The notes under the pieces: generated by a model | Databases searched by the model: none | What the model was told of the DNA's origin: nothing | Seen by the model: only the letters and a program-made list of their open reading frames with translations | Translations under genes and position numbers: made by a program | Part shown: in pieces, positions 35,920 through 44,873 of the stretch | Position numbering within the stretch: the first letter of the stretch is position 1 | Layout of the letters: each line of letters opens with the position of its first letter | Origin: Elusimicrobiota bacterium | GTDB lineage: Bacteria > Elusimicrobiota > Elusimicrobia > UBA1565 > UBA9628 | Direction: 5' to 3' | Length of the DNA stretch: 64,000 nucleotides | NCBI GenBank assembly: GCA_016212825.1 | Contig: JACRDS010000143.1 | Span: 1,712 to 65,711, forward strand

Positions 35920-37125
35920 TTAGAACGTGTACGAGAAGCCCAGCAGGTGGCTGGAGAGCTGGTAGTTGTAGCGGTAGGTCTTCTCGTAGCGCATGTTGGA
36001 ACTGGCGTCCGTGAGGGTGGTGTGGGCCAGGGCCTTGAAGCCGTGGGCGAGGGGCAGGGACAGGTCGAAGGTGAAGGAGCCCTGGTCCAGGCGCGTGGAC
36101 TCGTTGAGGTAGGTCCCGGAGGCGTCCTGCGCGGCCCGGCCCAGGTAGTCGCGCCACACCTGCAGGTAGCCGACCGCGAGCTCGACCTTCTTCTCCCCGA
36201 GGATCATGGTCAGCTTGGGATAGAGCGAACGCTCGTCATACGAGTAGTACTGTCCGAGGAAGCGGGCCTGCTCCGCGTCGTAGTGGTTCTGGTTCGAGGC
36301 GTCGCGCAGCTGGGTGAACTCCAGGGACAGGTAGCCGCCGACCCTGGGCGCCAGGGCGCGGCCGTAGCTCAGGGCCGCGGAGACGGAGCTGAAGTCGTCG
36401 GCGCGCGTGTCGTCGGCGAGGCTCCCCGAGGCCTGGACCACGTGCTGCTCCGGATAGCCCCGCCGCGTGAAGTTGCCGGTGAGCCGGGCCGCGCCGCCCT
36501 CGAAGGGCAGGGGGAAGTGCCCGGTCAGGGTCCAGGAATAGCTGCGCGAGTCCAAGGTCCGGCCCTCGGCGAGTTCGCGGCCCAGGCCGGGCAGCGCCTG
36601 CGACTCCAGGCTCCGGTAGTTGGGGAACTGGATCTCGTAGTAGTCGAAGGCGGCGCCGGCCCGGACGCGCTCGCCGAAGGCGCGCTCCACCTCCAGGCCG
36701 GCCGAGGGCTTGCGGTAGTCGAAGAGCCCCTTGCCCCAGCCCTCGTCGCTGGTCTCGCGCAGCAGCTCCCAACGGTAGCCCAGAGACGGCTTGACCTTCC
36801 ACTCGTCGCGCTTCCAGACGCCCTTCAGGCTCAGGGCGTGGCTCTGGCTGTCCTGGAAGAGCTGCCCCCCGCTGCCCAGGTCCACGGCGCTCTTGGTGCC
36901 CCGGTAGGTGCCGTAGTAGGTCGGGATGAGCCCGAGCTCGTCCGTGAACTTGACCGCCGGGGTGAACTGCAGGGCGGCATTGCCCTGCCAGGAGCTGGCC
37001 TTGCCGCCCTGCAGGACTTGCCCCATCAGGAAGGAGGCGTCGAAGACCGGGACCCAGTCCACGGCGCCGGCCGGAGCGGCCGCGCCCAGGGCCAGGACCA
37101 GCGATGCCGCGAAACGCCTCATCAT
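35920..37125 (-). CDS. unassigned outer-membrane beta-barrel protein
   Basis: 401 aa from MMRRFAASLVLALGAAAPAGA. Pervasive alternating aromatic/aliphatic strands. Terminal ...LLGFSYTF OMP signature. 4 nt after the PorV-like gene. Confidence 0.55.
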   Translation of the reverse strand: MMRRFAASLVLALGAAAPAGAVDWVPVFDASFLMGQVLQGGKASSWQGNAALQFTPAVKFTDELGLIPTYYGTYRGTKSAVDLGSGGQLFQDSQSHALSLKGVWKRDEWKVKPSLGYRWELLRETSDEGWGKGLFDYRKPSAGLEVERAFGERVRAGAAFDYYEIQFPNYRSLESQALPGLGRELAEGRTLDSRSYSWTLTGHFPLPFEGGAARLTGNFTRRGYPEQHVVQASGSLADDTRADDFSSVSAALSYGRALAPRVGGYLSLEFTQLRDASNQNHYDAEQARFLGQYYSYDERSLYPKLTMILGEKKVELAVGYLQVWRDYLGRAAQDASGTYLNESTRLDQGSFTFDLSLPLAHGFKALAHTTLTDASSNMRYEKTYRYNYQLSSHLLGFSYTF

Positions 37126-37129
37126 GATG

Positions 37130-38047
37130 TCATCGGTCCGAGTCGCGGCCTCCGCCGAAGCGGTAGCCCACGGCGAAATGGTGCGTGCTCCCCAGGTCGC
37201 CGGCCGGGTTGAAGGCGTAGTCGATGTCCACGCTGTCTTTGACGCGCAGGCCGAGGCCGATCCTGAGGCCGCCGAAGTTGCCGAGGTCCGGCGTCCGGGT
37301 GTTGACTCCCAGGCGGAACGCGGCCGCGCCGACGTCCTTGACGGCGAGCTCGTACTCGCTGCCGATGGCCACGTAGGCCGGGTCATAGACCGGGATGACC
37401 GCGTCCAGGGCCAGCCACCAGTGCTCCATGGCCCGCCAAGCCGCGCCGGCCGCGGCCCGGGTCGGCAGGGGCCGGCCCTCGCTCTCGTAGCGCAAAGAGC
37501 CGCCGATGTTGTGCCCGGAAGCGGCCAGGATCCAGTCCTCACCGAGGCGGTACTGGCCGCCCGCGTCGAAGGTCAGGGTCCGGGCGCTCGCCACGATCTT
37601 GGAGTCCACGTACTTCGCGGTGGCCCCCAGGTCAGCGCCCAAAGCGTCCGTGCCGTAGGTGAAGCCGTAGACCGTGTCGCTGGGTCCGTAGGTGCCGGTC
37701 TCGGTCCCCTGCTCGTCGCGGCTCTCCAGGGTCCCGTAGCCCACGTGGTGGAAGCTGGCGCCCAGGTGGTGCCGCCCGAGGGTCAACCCGTAGCCGGCGT
37801 AGTCGCTGCCGACGCCCGCGTAGAGGAAGGAGTGCGTGAAATAGGCGTGATTGGAGCGCACGCCCCCGATGGCCGCGGGGTTGGACGCCACTGCGCCCGC
37901 GCCGGAGGCCAGGGCCTGGGCGGCCTCGCCCATGCCCAGGGCGCGCACGTCGAGGGGCAGGCTGAGGAAGTCGGCGGAGGCGGGCCGGGCCGCCCGGGCC
38001 CAGGGGGCCAGGAGGACCAGGAGTCCGGCCAGGACCGTTCGCCTCAT
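37130..38047 (-). CDS. PorV/PorQ-like outer-membrane barrel
   Basis: 305 aa with a signal peptide. N-terminal FLSLPLDVRALGMGEAAQALASGAGAVASNPAAIG, which I recognise as the PorV/PorQ (UPF0164-like) signature. ATGA overlap with the giant gene's stop. Confidence 0.55.
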   Translation of the reverse strand: MRRTVLAGLLVLLAPWARAARPASADFLSLPLDVRALGMGEAAQALASGAGAVASNPAAIGGVRSNHAYFTHSFLYAGVGSDYAGYGLTLGRHHLGASFHHVGYGTLESRDEQGTETGTYGPSDTVYGFTYGTDALGADLGATAKYVDSKIVASARTLTFDAGGQYRLGEDWILAASGHNIGGSLRYESEGRPLPTRAAAGAAWRAMEHWWLALDAVIPVYDPAYVAIGSEYELAVKDVGAAAFRLGVNTRTPDLGNFGGLRIGLGLRVKDSVDIDYAFNPAGDLGSTHHFAVGYRFGGGRDSDR

Positions 38048-41000
38048 CTTTGCACCGCGAACTTGAGCTTGCGCATGCTGCCGCCCGACTTGACCACCGC
38101 GATATAGACCCCGCTGGGCAGGGCCTTGCCGTCGATGTCGTTGCCGTCCCAGGAGAGGATGTCGCCGGCGGCGTCCGCGTCGAGCTCCTTAAGGAGCCGT
38201 CCCGAGACGGAGAACACCTTGACGTGCGCCCCGGCGGGCAGGCGCGAGAACTTGATGCGGGCGTGCCCGGCTCCGGGCCGGAAGGGGCTGGGATAGACGA
38301 TGCCGGCGGAGAGGTCTCCGGCCGGGGCTGCGGCCACCACCATGAAGATGGAGAAGTGGCTGGTCACGCCGGAGACCTTGCGGGAGACGGGGTCTACCGT
38401 GGACTCGAGCATGGTCCAGCCGGCGGCCGCGTCGTAGCGGACCATGCGCAGGAGGTTGACGTCGAGGCCGGCGACATCGGCCGGCTTGTAGCCGATGTTC
38501 ACCGTCACCGGAGCCACGGGCTGCTGTCCGTCCGTGGTGTTGATGGCCACCGCCAGGCCCGTGCCGCTCCAGGCGTTGCGGGCCGGCAGGCTGGGCAGGC
38601 CGGAGGCGGCGGGGACGCTGAGCTGCAGGTTGGTGGCCGAGGCGAAGGCTCCGAAGGGGACGATCACCTCGGCGGTGGCGCCGGAGGCCAGGGCCGTGGT
38701 CACGGTGCCGCTGGAGGTGGAGGTCAGGGGCGTGAAGGAGGGCGCGCCCAGCACATAGAGGCCGTTGGGGTCCTTGACCTGGGCCGTGACCTTGCGCGTG
38801 GCGACATCGGCGAGATTGGCGCCGTCGAGCACCATCTCGAAGAGGGAGGTGGCCCCGTTGAGGCGGTAGACCCGCAGCACCGAGAGGGGCACGAGCAGGC
38901 TCTGGCCGCTCAGGGAGGCTCCCACCAGCACGTTGCTGGAGGCGTCGGCGGTGAAGGGCAGGGCCAGGGACACCAGCTGGTTGGCGTCTCCGGGGGAGGA
39001 GTTCGGGCTGGAGTCCAGGACCGCGGCGAAGCGGGCGGTCATGGTGGAGATGAAGGTGTTGGGCGAGCGGGCGAAGGCGGTGGTGGACAGGGCCACGTCC
39101 GCGGCCGAGAGCTCGGCCTGGGACTGGGCGCTGAGGCGCACGCTGGCGCCGTAGGCGTTGGCAGGCACCACCACGGTGACCGCGGGGTTGGCCAGGCTCA
39201 CGATGGTGCCGCCCGCGGAGGTGATGAGCACCGCGTTGTAGACCGTGGTATCCGACATGAGGCCGCCGATGCCGGCGCGCAGGAGGTCGGCCTGGGAGCT
39301 GACGCTGTTGGTGCTGGCGAAGAAGGCCTGGGCCTGGCCGTTGCTGCCGGTCACCACGTCGGTGGAGGTCACGGCCGAGGGCAAAGCGCCGATGACCACG
39401 GCCACGGTGCCCGAGCCTCTCTGCAAGGAGAAGGTGACGGTGGCGCCCTGCACCGCGTTGGAGTAGAGGTCGAGGACCGCGGCGGTCAGCACCGAGGGAA
39501 CGGAGGCCACGGTGGACTGGGGGTTGGCGGAGAGGGAGAGGCTGGCGGGAGGCCCGGCCCGGACCGCGGTGTTGGTGGAGGTCACGGTGACGATGCCGAT
39601 GCCGGAGTCGGAGACGCGCAGCTTGACGGTCTCGGCCTTGGTATAGGTCTGGAAGGAGGTGGAGCCCACGCCGGCGGCGATGTTGAGGCTGGTGATGCCC
39701 AGGGTGCCGGCGCCGGAGAGGCTGGGATTGGAGGCCTGGACCGCGGCCAGGTTGACGGTGCCGCTGTATCCGGTCACGGTGCTGGAGGAGGCGTCGCGCG
39801 CCACCACGGTCATCTGGTAGTTGACCCCGGCCTGCGCGGCCGTGGGGATGCCCACGTCGAAGAAGGTGGGGCCGGTGAGGGAGAGGTTGGCGGAATCGCC
39901 GGTCTTGGCGTCCTCGTCGGTGGCGCGCAGGACGATGGTCTCGATCTTGTTGTAGGTCTGGGCGCCGACGATGACGTAGGTGGAGCCGGCCACGAGGGTG
40001 GCGGCGGAGCTGCCCAAGGACCCGCTGCCCGCGACCATGGTGGGCGGCAGCAGGGCCTGGATGTTGAGGCTGCGGTTGAGGGAGTAGGTCACGGGAGCAT
40101 TCGCGGCGTCCCGGGCGTTGATCTGCATGGCGAAGGGCAGGCCGACCGTGACCGAAGCGGGGGCGGTGATGACGTAGTGGTCGATGGTGAGCGCCGGCGT
40201 GGTCACGGTCATGGAACTTGAATAGCCGTCCACGGCCAGGGCCGAGTCGTAGGCGCGGATGCGGATGCCGCCGCCCTTGTTGTAGGCTTCGTTGTTGATG
40301 ACCACCTTGCCCGAGGAGGGGATGTTGACGTTGGTGACGGAGAGGGCGCCCGAGGCCGCGGTGGCCGTGTCGTTCCAGACCACGGGGGTCAAAGAGAGGG
40401 TGCCGGAGTAGCCAGCCAGCTGGTTGTTGTACTGGTCCACGGCCGTGATGGTGGCGGAGAACACGGCTCCGGCCGCGGAGCCGGTGGGGATGGCGATGTT
40501 GAAGTGGTGGGGGCCCAGGACGTCGAGGTTGTCGGAGACGCCGTACTTGCCGTCGGAAGGCCGGACGACCTTGATCTGGATGGCCTCGATCTTGTTGTAG
40601 GTCTGGTTGGGGATGACGTAGCTTCCGGTCGTGGTCGCGGGAGGCGGGAAGGTGAAGGAGTTCGTGCCCAGCGTGCCCAGGCCCTGGACCTGGGTGCCGG
40701 AGATGAGCGGCACGAGGTTGTGGGTCCCCGCGTTGGCATCGTATTTTGGCAGGATGTGGTTGTATTTGTTGCGCGCGGTGAAGGTGCTGGAGAAGGATAT
40801 CCCCACGGCTACGGCGGTCGGGACCGTGACCGTGAAATTATCCAAGAGGTTGCTTTCCAGGCTCAGGGTCGGCGTGGACGGAGCGATGTCGAGGCTTACG
40901 ATCGGCACGCTGGTCACGTGGTCGTCGTAGTTGTCGTAGCGATTGTTGGCGCAGCGGCGCAGGTCTACGAGGAAACGCGCCTGGCCGGAGGCGTCGGTGT

Positions 41001-43170
41001 AAGCCAGCAAGCCTGCGTCGGCCCGGAAACAGCTGCCCGAGGCGCCATAATCGGAATTGGTGTCCTTGAACCAGAAGGTCTTGTTCTGCGGGATGAAGGA
41101 CAGGCCGATCATGGTGTAGGGCACCGTGCTCCAGGCCGCGTCCCAGGCCGTGACCGTCATGGTGGCGAAGCCCACGTCCGGCTGAATCATGGGCGTGGAG
41201 AAGGCCACCGTGAAGGAGGAGGTGCGGATCTCGCGCACGTCGAGGTCCTGCGGGGCCAGGCCGAGAGCGTAGGCGCGCACCGTGGCCGAGAAATCCTCAT
41301 ATTCATCCGCATCCGCGGCCCAATCTGGGAACCTCAGGCGCAGCACGTAGCGGGCCTGCCCCGTGGAGTCGGTCAGGCTGTAGTTGCCCGCCGGGCTTAT
41401 GGACTGGGTCAGGCCCGACACATTGGAGGACAGGTAATCCAAGGCCACCGGATAGCCCGGCACGCGGCCGCCGGTGGAGTTGCTCACCGTGAAGGTCAAG
41501 GTCGTCACGCGCATGAAATAGGAGCCGTAATCCTCGACGAACGGCGTGGAGAGCGCCACCGTGTAGGTGGACGCCCGGACATCCTCCTGGACCACGGTGA
41601 CGTCCGGGAAGCCGATGGGCCGCAGCGTGATGGTGCTGGAGTAGGCTTCCCAGGAGGAGTGCGCAAGGATGCTGAGATCGGTCTTGAGCGCGAGGCTGAC
41701 CCGGCCGTTGCTGTCCGCCGCATAGGTGGTCTGGGCCCCGCTGGGATCCGAACCCTCTGTCACGGTCATGAAGGTATTGGGCGCCGGGGTCCAGCTCTGC
41801 CGGAGGACGATCGCTCCGGGAGCCGGGCCCGCAACCGCGTCCGTGAATCTCGCCGTGACGGTCGCGACCCAGAGGTTGCCCTCAAACGACGGCCAGGCCG
41901 AGGTGGTGACCGCGACCGCCGCGGCTCCGGAATCTCCCACGGCAATCAAACGACGGTCCGTGCTCTGGCGCCACACCAGCGCGTAGACCACGCCGGCGGT
42001 GCTGATGGCCAGCCCGCCCGCCCCCGGGCTCTCGCCGCTGACGAAAATGTTGGTCATGTCCATGCGCCAACGCTGGCTGCCGGAGGCGGCGTCGAGGTTG
42101 ACCAATGTGCCGTTGTTCACATAGAACAGCGTCGTCCCCAGCAGCAGCGGCGGATGGACTTGCGGTCCGACCACGCCTGTCTCGGTCCAGGCCAGGCTCC
42201 CGTTGCTCTTGTCCAGCGCCACGAAGCGGTCGTTGTTCGGCACGAAGACGTACGCCGAGGAGACCGCGGGCGCGAACGGGGTGCCGCTGAAACTCGCGGC
42301 CGAGGTCCAGGAGGTCGCTCCGGTGAGGAGGTTGACGCGTATCAGGTTCCGCGGGGAGAAGCCTTTGTAGGTGTAGACGGTGTCGTCCGGGTCCACCGAG
42401 ACGGCCCCATAGTCGGAGCCTGATCCTTGCGATAGGATTGGGGCGCCGCCGGCGGCCGTCACGGACTGGAGGTCCGTGCAGCTAAACGAACGGTCCTTAT
42501 AGAAAACCGTGGCCAAGTCATTAGATAGCGCAGGAGTCCCGGTCCCAGTCCCCGCGCATTCCATTCTTTTCCAATTGACCGCCCCGTTCGGTGTGATGGA
42601 GTAGGCATACGTGCCCAATGTTTCCAGCAGACGATCGCTCCTATCGCCTACATACAGATTTCCATCCCGTCCGATCACCACCGGCCCCCCCGGAAACGCC
42701 GTGGGGGTGCCGCCTTGCCGGGGATCGAGCTGCCAGACGGTGTTCCCCGTATCCGTGGAGAGCGCCACCACGCTGTTCTGGCTGCTGACGTACACCTTCC
42801 CGTCATCGGAGACGGCGGGCTGGGACAGCGCGCCGTACGTCGGGGTGACCCACTTCGTCGTGCCGTCGGGATTGATCGCCCAGACCCGGTCATACCCCGT
42901 CGCATAGACGGATCCGTCCGGGCCGATGGACGGACCGTAGCGCGGCCAGAACGGTTCATTGCCGGTGGCGCAGCAGCTATAGTCCCCGGAGCTGTTAAGA
43001 GTCACGGACCAGAGCAGCTTGGGATTGCGGAACAGTGTTCCCGGGATCGTGGTCGAACTCGTGTGCTGCGCGTCGTGCCGGAACATGGGCCACGGCGTGT
43101 TCGCCGGTCCCAACGCCTGCGCCGGCAGGGCGAGGGCCAGGAGCGTCCCGACGAGCATCGCGCGCCTCAC
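38044..43170 (-). CDS. giant secreted protein: PQQ-like beta-propeller, two families of Ig-like repeats, a Big_1-like domain, and a T9SS-type/FlgD-Ig-like C-terminal domain
   Basis: About 1708 aa. GTG at 43170 (GTGA overlap) gives the signal peptide MRRAMLVGTLLALALPAQALG; the alternative ATG is at 43158. Propeller blades: DGSVYATGYDRVWAINPDGTTKW, DGKVYVSSQNSVVALSTDTGNTVW. C-terminal domain (nt 38047-38307): VYPSPFRPG...AHVKVFSVSGRLLKEL...LSWDGNDIDGKALPSGVYIAVV...KLKFAV. Confidence 0.8.
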   Translation of the reverse strand: MRRAMLVGTLLALALPAQALGPANTPWPMFRHDAQHTSSTTIPGTLFRNPKLLWSVTLNSSGDYSCCATGNEPFWPRYGPSIGPDGSVYATGYDRVWAINPDGTTKWVTPTYGALSQPAVSDDGKVYVSSQNSVVALSTDTGNTVWQLDPRQGGTPTAFPGGPVVIGRDGNLYVGDRSDRLLETLGTYAYSITPNGAVNWKRMECAGTGTGTPALSNDLATVFYKDRSFSCTDLQSVTAAGGAPILSQGSGSDYGAVSVDPDDTVYTYKGFSPRNLIRVNLLTGATSWTSAASFSGTPFAPAVSSAYVFVPNNDRFVALDKSNGSLAWTETGVVGPQVHPPLLLGTTLFYVNNGTLVNLDAASGSQRWRMDMTNIFVSGESPGAGGLAISTAGVVYALVWRQSTDRRLIAVGDSGAAAVAVTTSAWPSFEGNLWVATVTARFTDAVAGPAPGAIVLRQSWTPAPNTFMTVTEGSDPSGAQTTYAADSNGRVSLALKTDLSILAHSSWEAYSSTITLRPIGFPDVTVVQEDVRASTYTVALSTPFVEDYGSYFMRVTTLTFTVSNSTGGRVPGYPVALDYLSSNVSGLTQSISPAGNYSLTDSTGQARYVLRLRFPDWAADADEYEDFSATVRAYALGLAPQDLDVREIRTSSFTVAFSTPMIQPDVGFATMTVTAWDAAWSTVPYTMIGLSFIPQNKTFWFKDTNSDYGASGSCFRADAGLLAYTDASGQARFLVDLRRCANNRYDNYDDHVTSVPIVSLDIAPSTPTLSLESNLLDNFTVTVPTAVAVGISFSSTFTARNKYNHILPKYDANAGTHNLVPLISGTQVQGLGTLGTNSFTFPPPATTTGSYVIPNQTYNKIEAIQIKVVRPSDGKYGVSDNLDVLGPHHFNIAIPTGSAAGAVFSATITAVDQYNNQLAGYSGTLSLTPVVWNDTATAASGALSVTNVNIPSSGKVVINNEAYNKGGGIRIRAYDSALAVDGYSSSMTVTTPALTIDHYVITAPASVTVGLPFAMQINARDAANAPVTYSLNRSLNIQALLPPTMVAGSGSLGSSAATLVAGSTYVIVGAQTYNKIETIVLRATDEDAKTGDSANLSLTGPTFFDVGIPTAAQAGVNYQMTVVARDASSSTVTGYSGTVNLAAVQASNPSLSGAGTLGITSLNIAAGVGSTSFQTYTKAETVKLRVSDSGIGIVTVTSTNTAVRAGPPASLSLSANPQSTVASVPSVLTAAVLDLYSNAVQGATVTFSLQRGSGTVAVVIGALPSAVTSTDVVTGSNGQAQAFFASTNSVSSQADLLRAGIGGLMSDTTVYNAVLITSAGGTIVSLANPAVTVVVPANAYGASVRLSAQSQAELSAADVALSTTAFARSPNTFISTMTARFAAVLDSSPNSSPGDANQLVSLALPFTADASSNVLVGASLSGQSLLVPLSVLRVYRLNGATSLFEMVLDGANLADVATRKVTAQVKDPNGLYVLGAPSFTPLTSTSSGTVTTALASGATAEVIVPFGAFASATNLQLSVPAASGLPSLPARNAWSGTGLAVAINTTDGQQPVAPVTVNIGYKPADVAGLDVNLLRMVRYDAAAGWTMLESTVDPVSRKVSGVTSHFSIFMVVAAAPAGDLSAGIVYPSPFRPGAGHARIKFSRLPAGAHVKVFSVSGRLLKELDADAAGDILSWDGNDIDGKALPSGVYIAVVKSGGSMRKLKFAVQR
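39565..40839 (-). repeat. four ~105-aa Ig-like modules inside the giant gene
   Basis: Each module ends with a (Q/E)(T/A)Y(N/T)K.E(T/A)(I/V) signature: NQTYNKIEAIQIKV, NEAYNKGGGIRIRA, AQTYNKIETIVLRA, FQTYTKAETVKLRV. A 21-nt exact repeat tcgatcttgttgtaggtctgg occurs at 40586-40606 and 39941-39961. Confidence 0.8.
40840..41916 (-). repeat. three ~115-aa modules of a second repeat family inside the giant gene
   Basis: The modules share ...TVA(L/F)STP...., D(S/A)(T/S/N)G(Q/R)(A/V)R(Y/F/S).L.L: ADSNGRVSLALK, TDSTGQARYVLRLR, TDASGQARFLVDLR. Confidence 0.65.
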
Positions 43171-44807
43171 GGGATGACCCCCGACTGCACCAGGATGGCC
43201 GGCGAGACCACCAGGTCGATGGTCCGGCCGCCGAACTCGGAGGCCGTGATCACCTGCTCGTAGTTCCACTTGAGCAAGGTCTTCTTATAGTTCTCCCCCG
43301 AGGTCACGCCGTTGAAGTCCGCGCTGGTGGCGATGTTGCCCGCGTCGCCCACCACGTAGAAGTCGTACTTCTCCCAGGTCCCGTCCGAGTATGTGATGCT
43401 GGCCCGGTCGTGCAGGCGCGAGGCCCCCTGCGGATTGGTGATGGAACTCGGCCGCGCCGCGTCCTCGCAGGCTTGGGCGGTGCAGTTCACCGGCCCCACC
43501 GCGCAGCCCGCGGCCCCGCAGGCCGCCCCCCCGCCCAGGATGCGGGTCTGGAAGCCCGTGGCCACGTAGTCGTAGGCCGTGATGTTGGGCGCGCCGGCCG
43601 GCTGCCAGCCGTACTTCTCCGTCCCGTTTATCTTATAGGAATAGTCGTCGAAGAGCGTGCTCCAGAAGGCCGTGCCCGCGGCCACGGTGCGGAAGGAGTT
43701 GGCGTCCGGATCGTAGATCGCGCGGTCCTCGCCCAGGAGCGTGTTGACCAGATGCCCGCCCGTCGCGTTCTCCCGGATGGAGTCCACGGTGTTGGAGCGC
43801 CCGGTCTCGAAGGCCGTGATGAAATAGTCCGGCGCCGCGCCGGTCTTGCCGTTGAGGTAGCGCAGGGCCGGGGCCAGTTCCACGGGCAGGGCCTGGTTGA
43901 AGCGGGCCTGGTAGTAGAAGTAGTTGAAGCTGCTCTCGCGTTCGTTGAGGGCCACGAATTTGAACTGGTCCGCGGCCGGGCGCACGATGTACTGCTCCAG
44001 GCGCACCCGCTGGCCGCCCACGTCGATCATGGTCTTGCCTTCCTGATACTCGGCCAGACGCGCCTCGACCGCGGCCGCGGACTGCACCGCCTCCTTGGCC
44101 AGCCCCAGAGCCACCTCGCGGCGCACGTCCTTCTTGAAATCCTCGTTGTCCAGGTCGGCCGCGACGGGCCGGGCTTCCTGGGCCCGCATCCGGGCCGGTT
44201 CCTTCTTCGCCGGAGGCGCGGCGGCCCGGGCGCCGGAGTATTCCAGCGGCCGGTCGGGCAGGACGCGCAGGCTGCGCGCGGCGCGGCCGTCGCCGATCTC
44301 GAGCTCCTCTCCCAGGAGCGTCTTGACCGCCACCACGCCCTCCATGACCTCCACGTTCATCTCGCTCTTGTCGTTGATGTCCACCACGAACTCGGTGCCG
44401 CGCACCGAGCAGACCGCCGCCGGGGTCTTCACCGTGAAGCGCTTGTTCGCGGCCGAGAGGGCCTTGCGCACCCAGGAGTGGATGACGCCCAGGTCCAGGA
44501 AGACGGCGCCGCCCCGCTGGTCGGCCTCGCTCAGGACGAAGCTGGTGTTGGGCCCCATCTTGATGCGGGAGCCGTCCGGGAAGGTCACCGTGGCCGCGGA
44601 CTGCAGGCCGGTTCGGATGCGGTCCTTGGCCTCCAGGCGGTAGGGCACGTTGGAGATGACGCGCCAGGCCCCGCTGTCGCGGAAGCTCACCTCGACGTGG
44701 CCGGAACGCTCGGTCACGTCCGCCTGGGCGCACAGAAGGGCGGGCAGGAGCGGCACGAGGCCCAGGGCGACGAGGAGACGCAGACCCGCGGCGGCAGTCC
44801 CAGGCAC
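43167..44807 (-). CDS. secreted FecR-domain protein with an unassigned Cys-containing C-terminal domain of about 300 aa
   Basis: 546 aa. GTG start, signal peptide. FecR signature LEAKDRIRTGLQSAATVTFPDGSRIKMGPNTSFVL......FTVKTPAAVCSVRGTEFVV. Confidence 0.75.
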   Translation of the reverse strand: MPGTAAAGLRLLVALGLVPLLPALLCAQADVTERSGHVEVSFRDSGAWRVISNVPYRLEAKDRIRTGLQSAATVTFPDGSRIKMGPNTSFVLSEADQRGGAVFLDLGVIHSWVRKALSAANKRFTVKTPAAVCSVRGTEFVVDINDKSEMNVEVMEGVVAVKTLLGEELEIGDGRAARSLRVLPDRPLEYSGARAAAPPAKKEPARMRAQEARPVAADLDNEDFKKDVRREVALGLAKEAVQSAAAVEARLAEYQEGKTMIDVGGQRVRLEQYIVRPAADQFKFVALNERESSFNYFYYQARFNQALPVELAPALRYLNGKTGAAPDYFITAFETGRSNTVDSIRENATGGHLVNTLLGEDRAIYDPDANSFRTVAAGTAFWSTLFDDYSYKINGTEKYGWQPAGAPNITAYDYVATGFQTRILGGGAACGAAGCAVGPVNCTAQACEDAARPSSITNPQGASRLHDRASITYSDGTWEKYDFYVVGDAGNIATSADFNGVTSGENYKKTLLKWNYEQVITASEFGGRTIDLVVSPAILVQSGVIP

Positions 44808-44813
44808 AAATTC

Positions 44814-44839
44814 CAGTATAAGAGGAATCCCCTATACTG
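44814..44839 (-). promoter_or_regulatory. operator-like inverted repeat overlapping the -35 and -10 elements
   Basis: CAGTATA (44839..44833), 12 nt, TATACTG (44820..44814): perfect 7-bp arms. Confidence 0.5.
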
Positions 44840-44843
44840 TCAA
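44815..44843 (-). promoter_or_regulatory. consensus sigma70-type promoter, apparently leaderless
   Basis: Minus strand: TTGACA (44843..44838), a 17-nt spacer, TATACT (44820..44815), 7 nt, then the GTG start at 44807. A second TTGACA lies immediately upstream (44849..44844). Confidence 0.7.
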
Positions 44844-44873
44844 TGTCAAAACGGTTACAGGATGCCGGATGGC

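Noticed and set aside
37130-44807. Calling the locus a type IX secretion system.
   Set aside because: Only a CTD-type cargo and a PorV-like barrel are recognisable. None of the core machinery (PorK/L/M/N, SprA/Sov, PorU/Z) is in the window. I therefore report it as a T9SS-related or possibly novel module, not as a T9SS.
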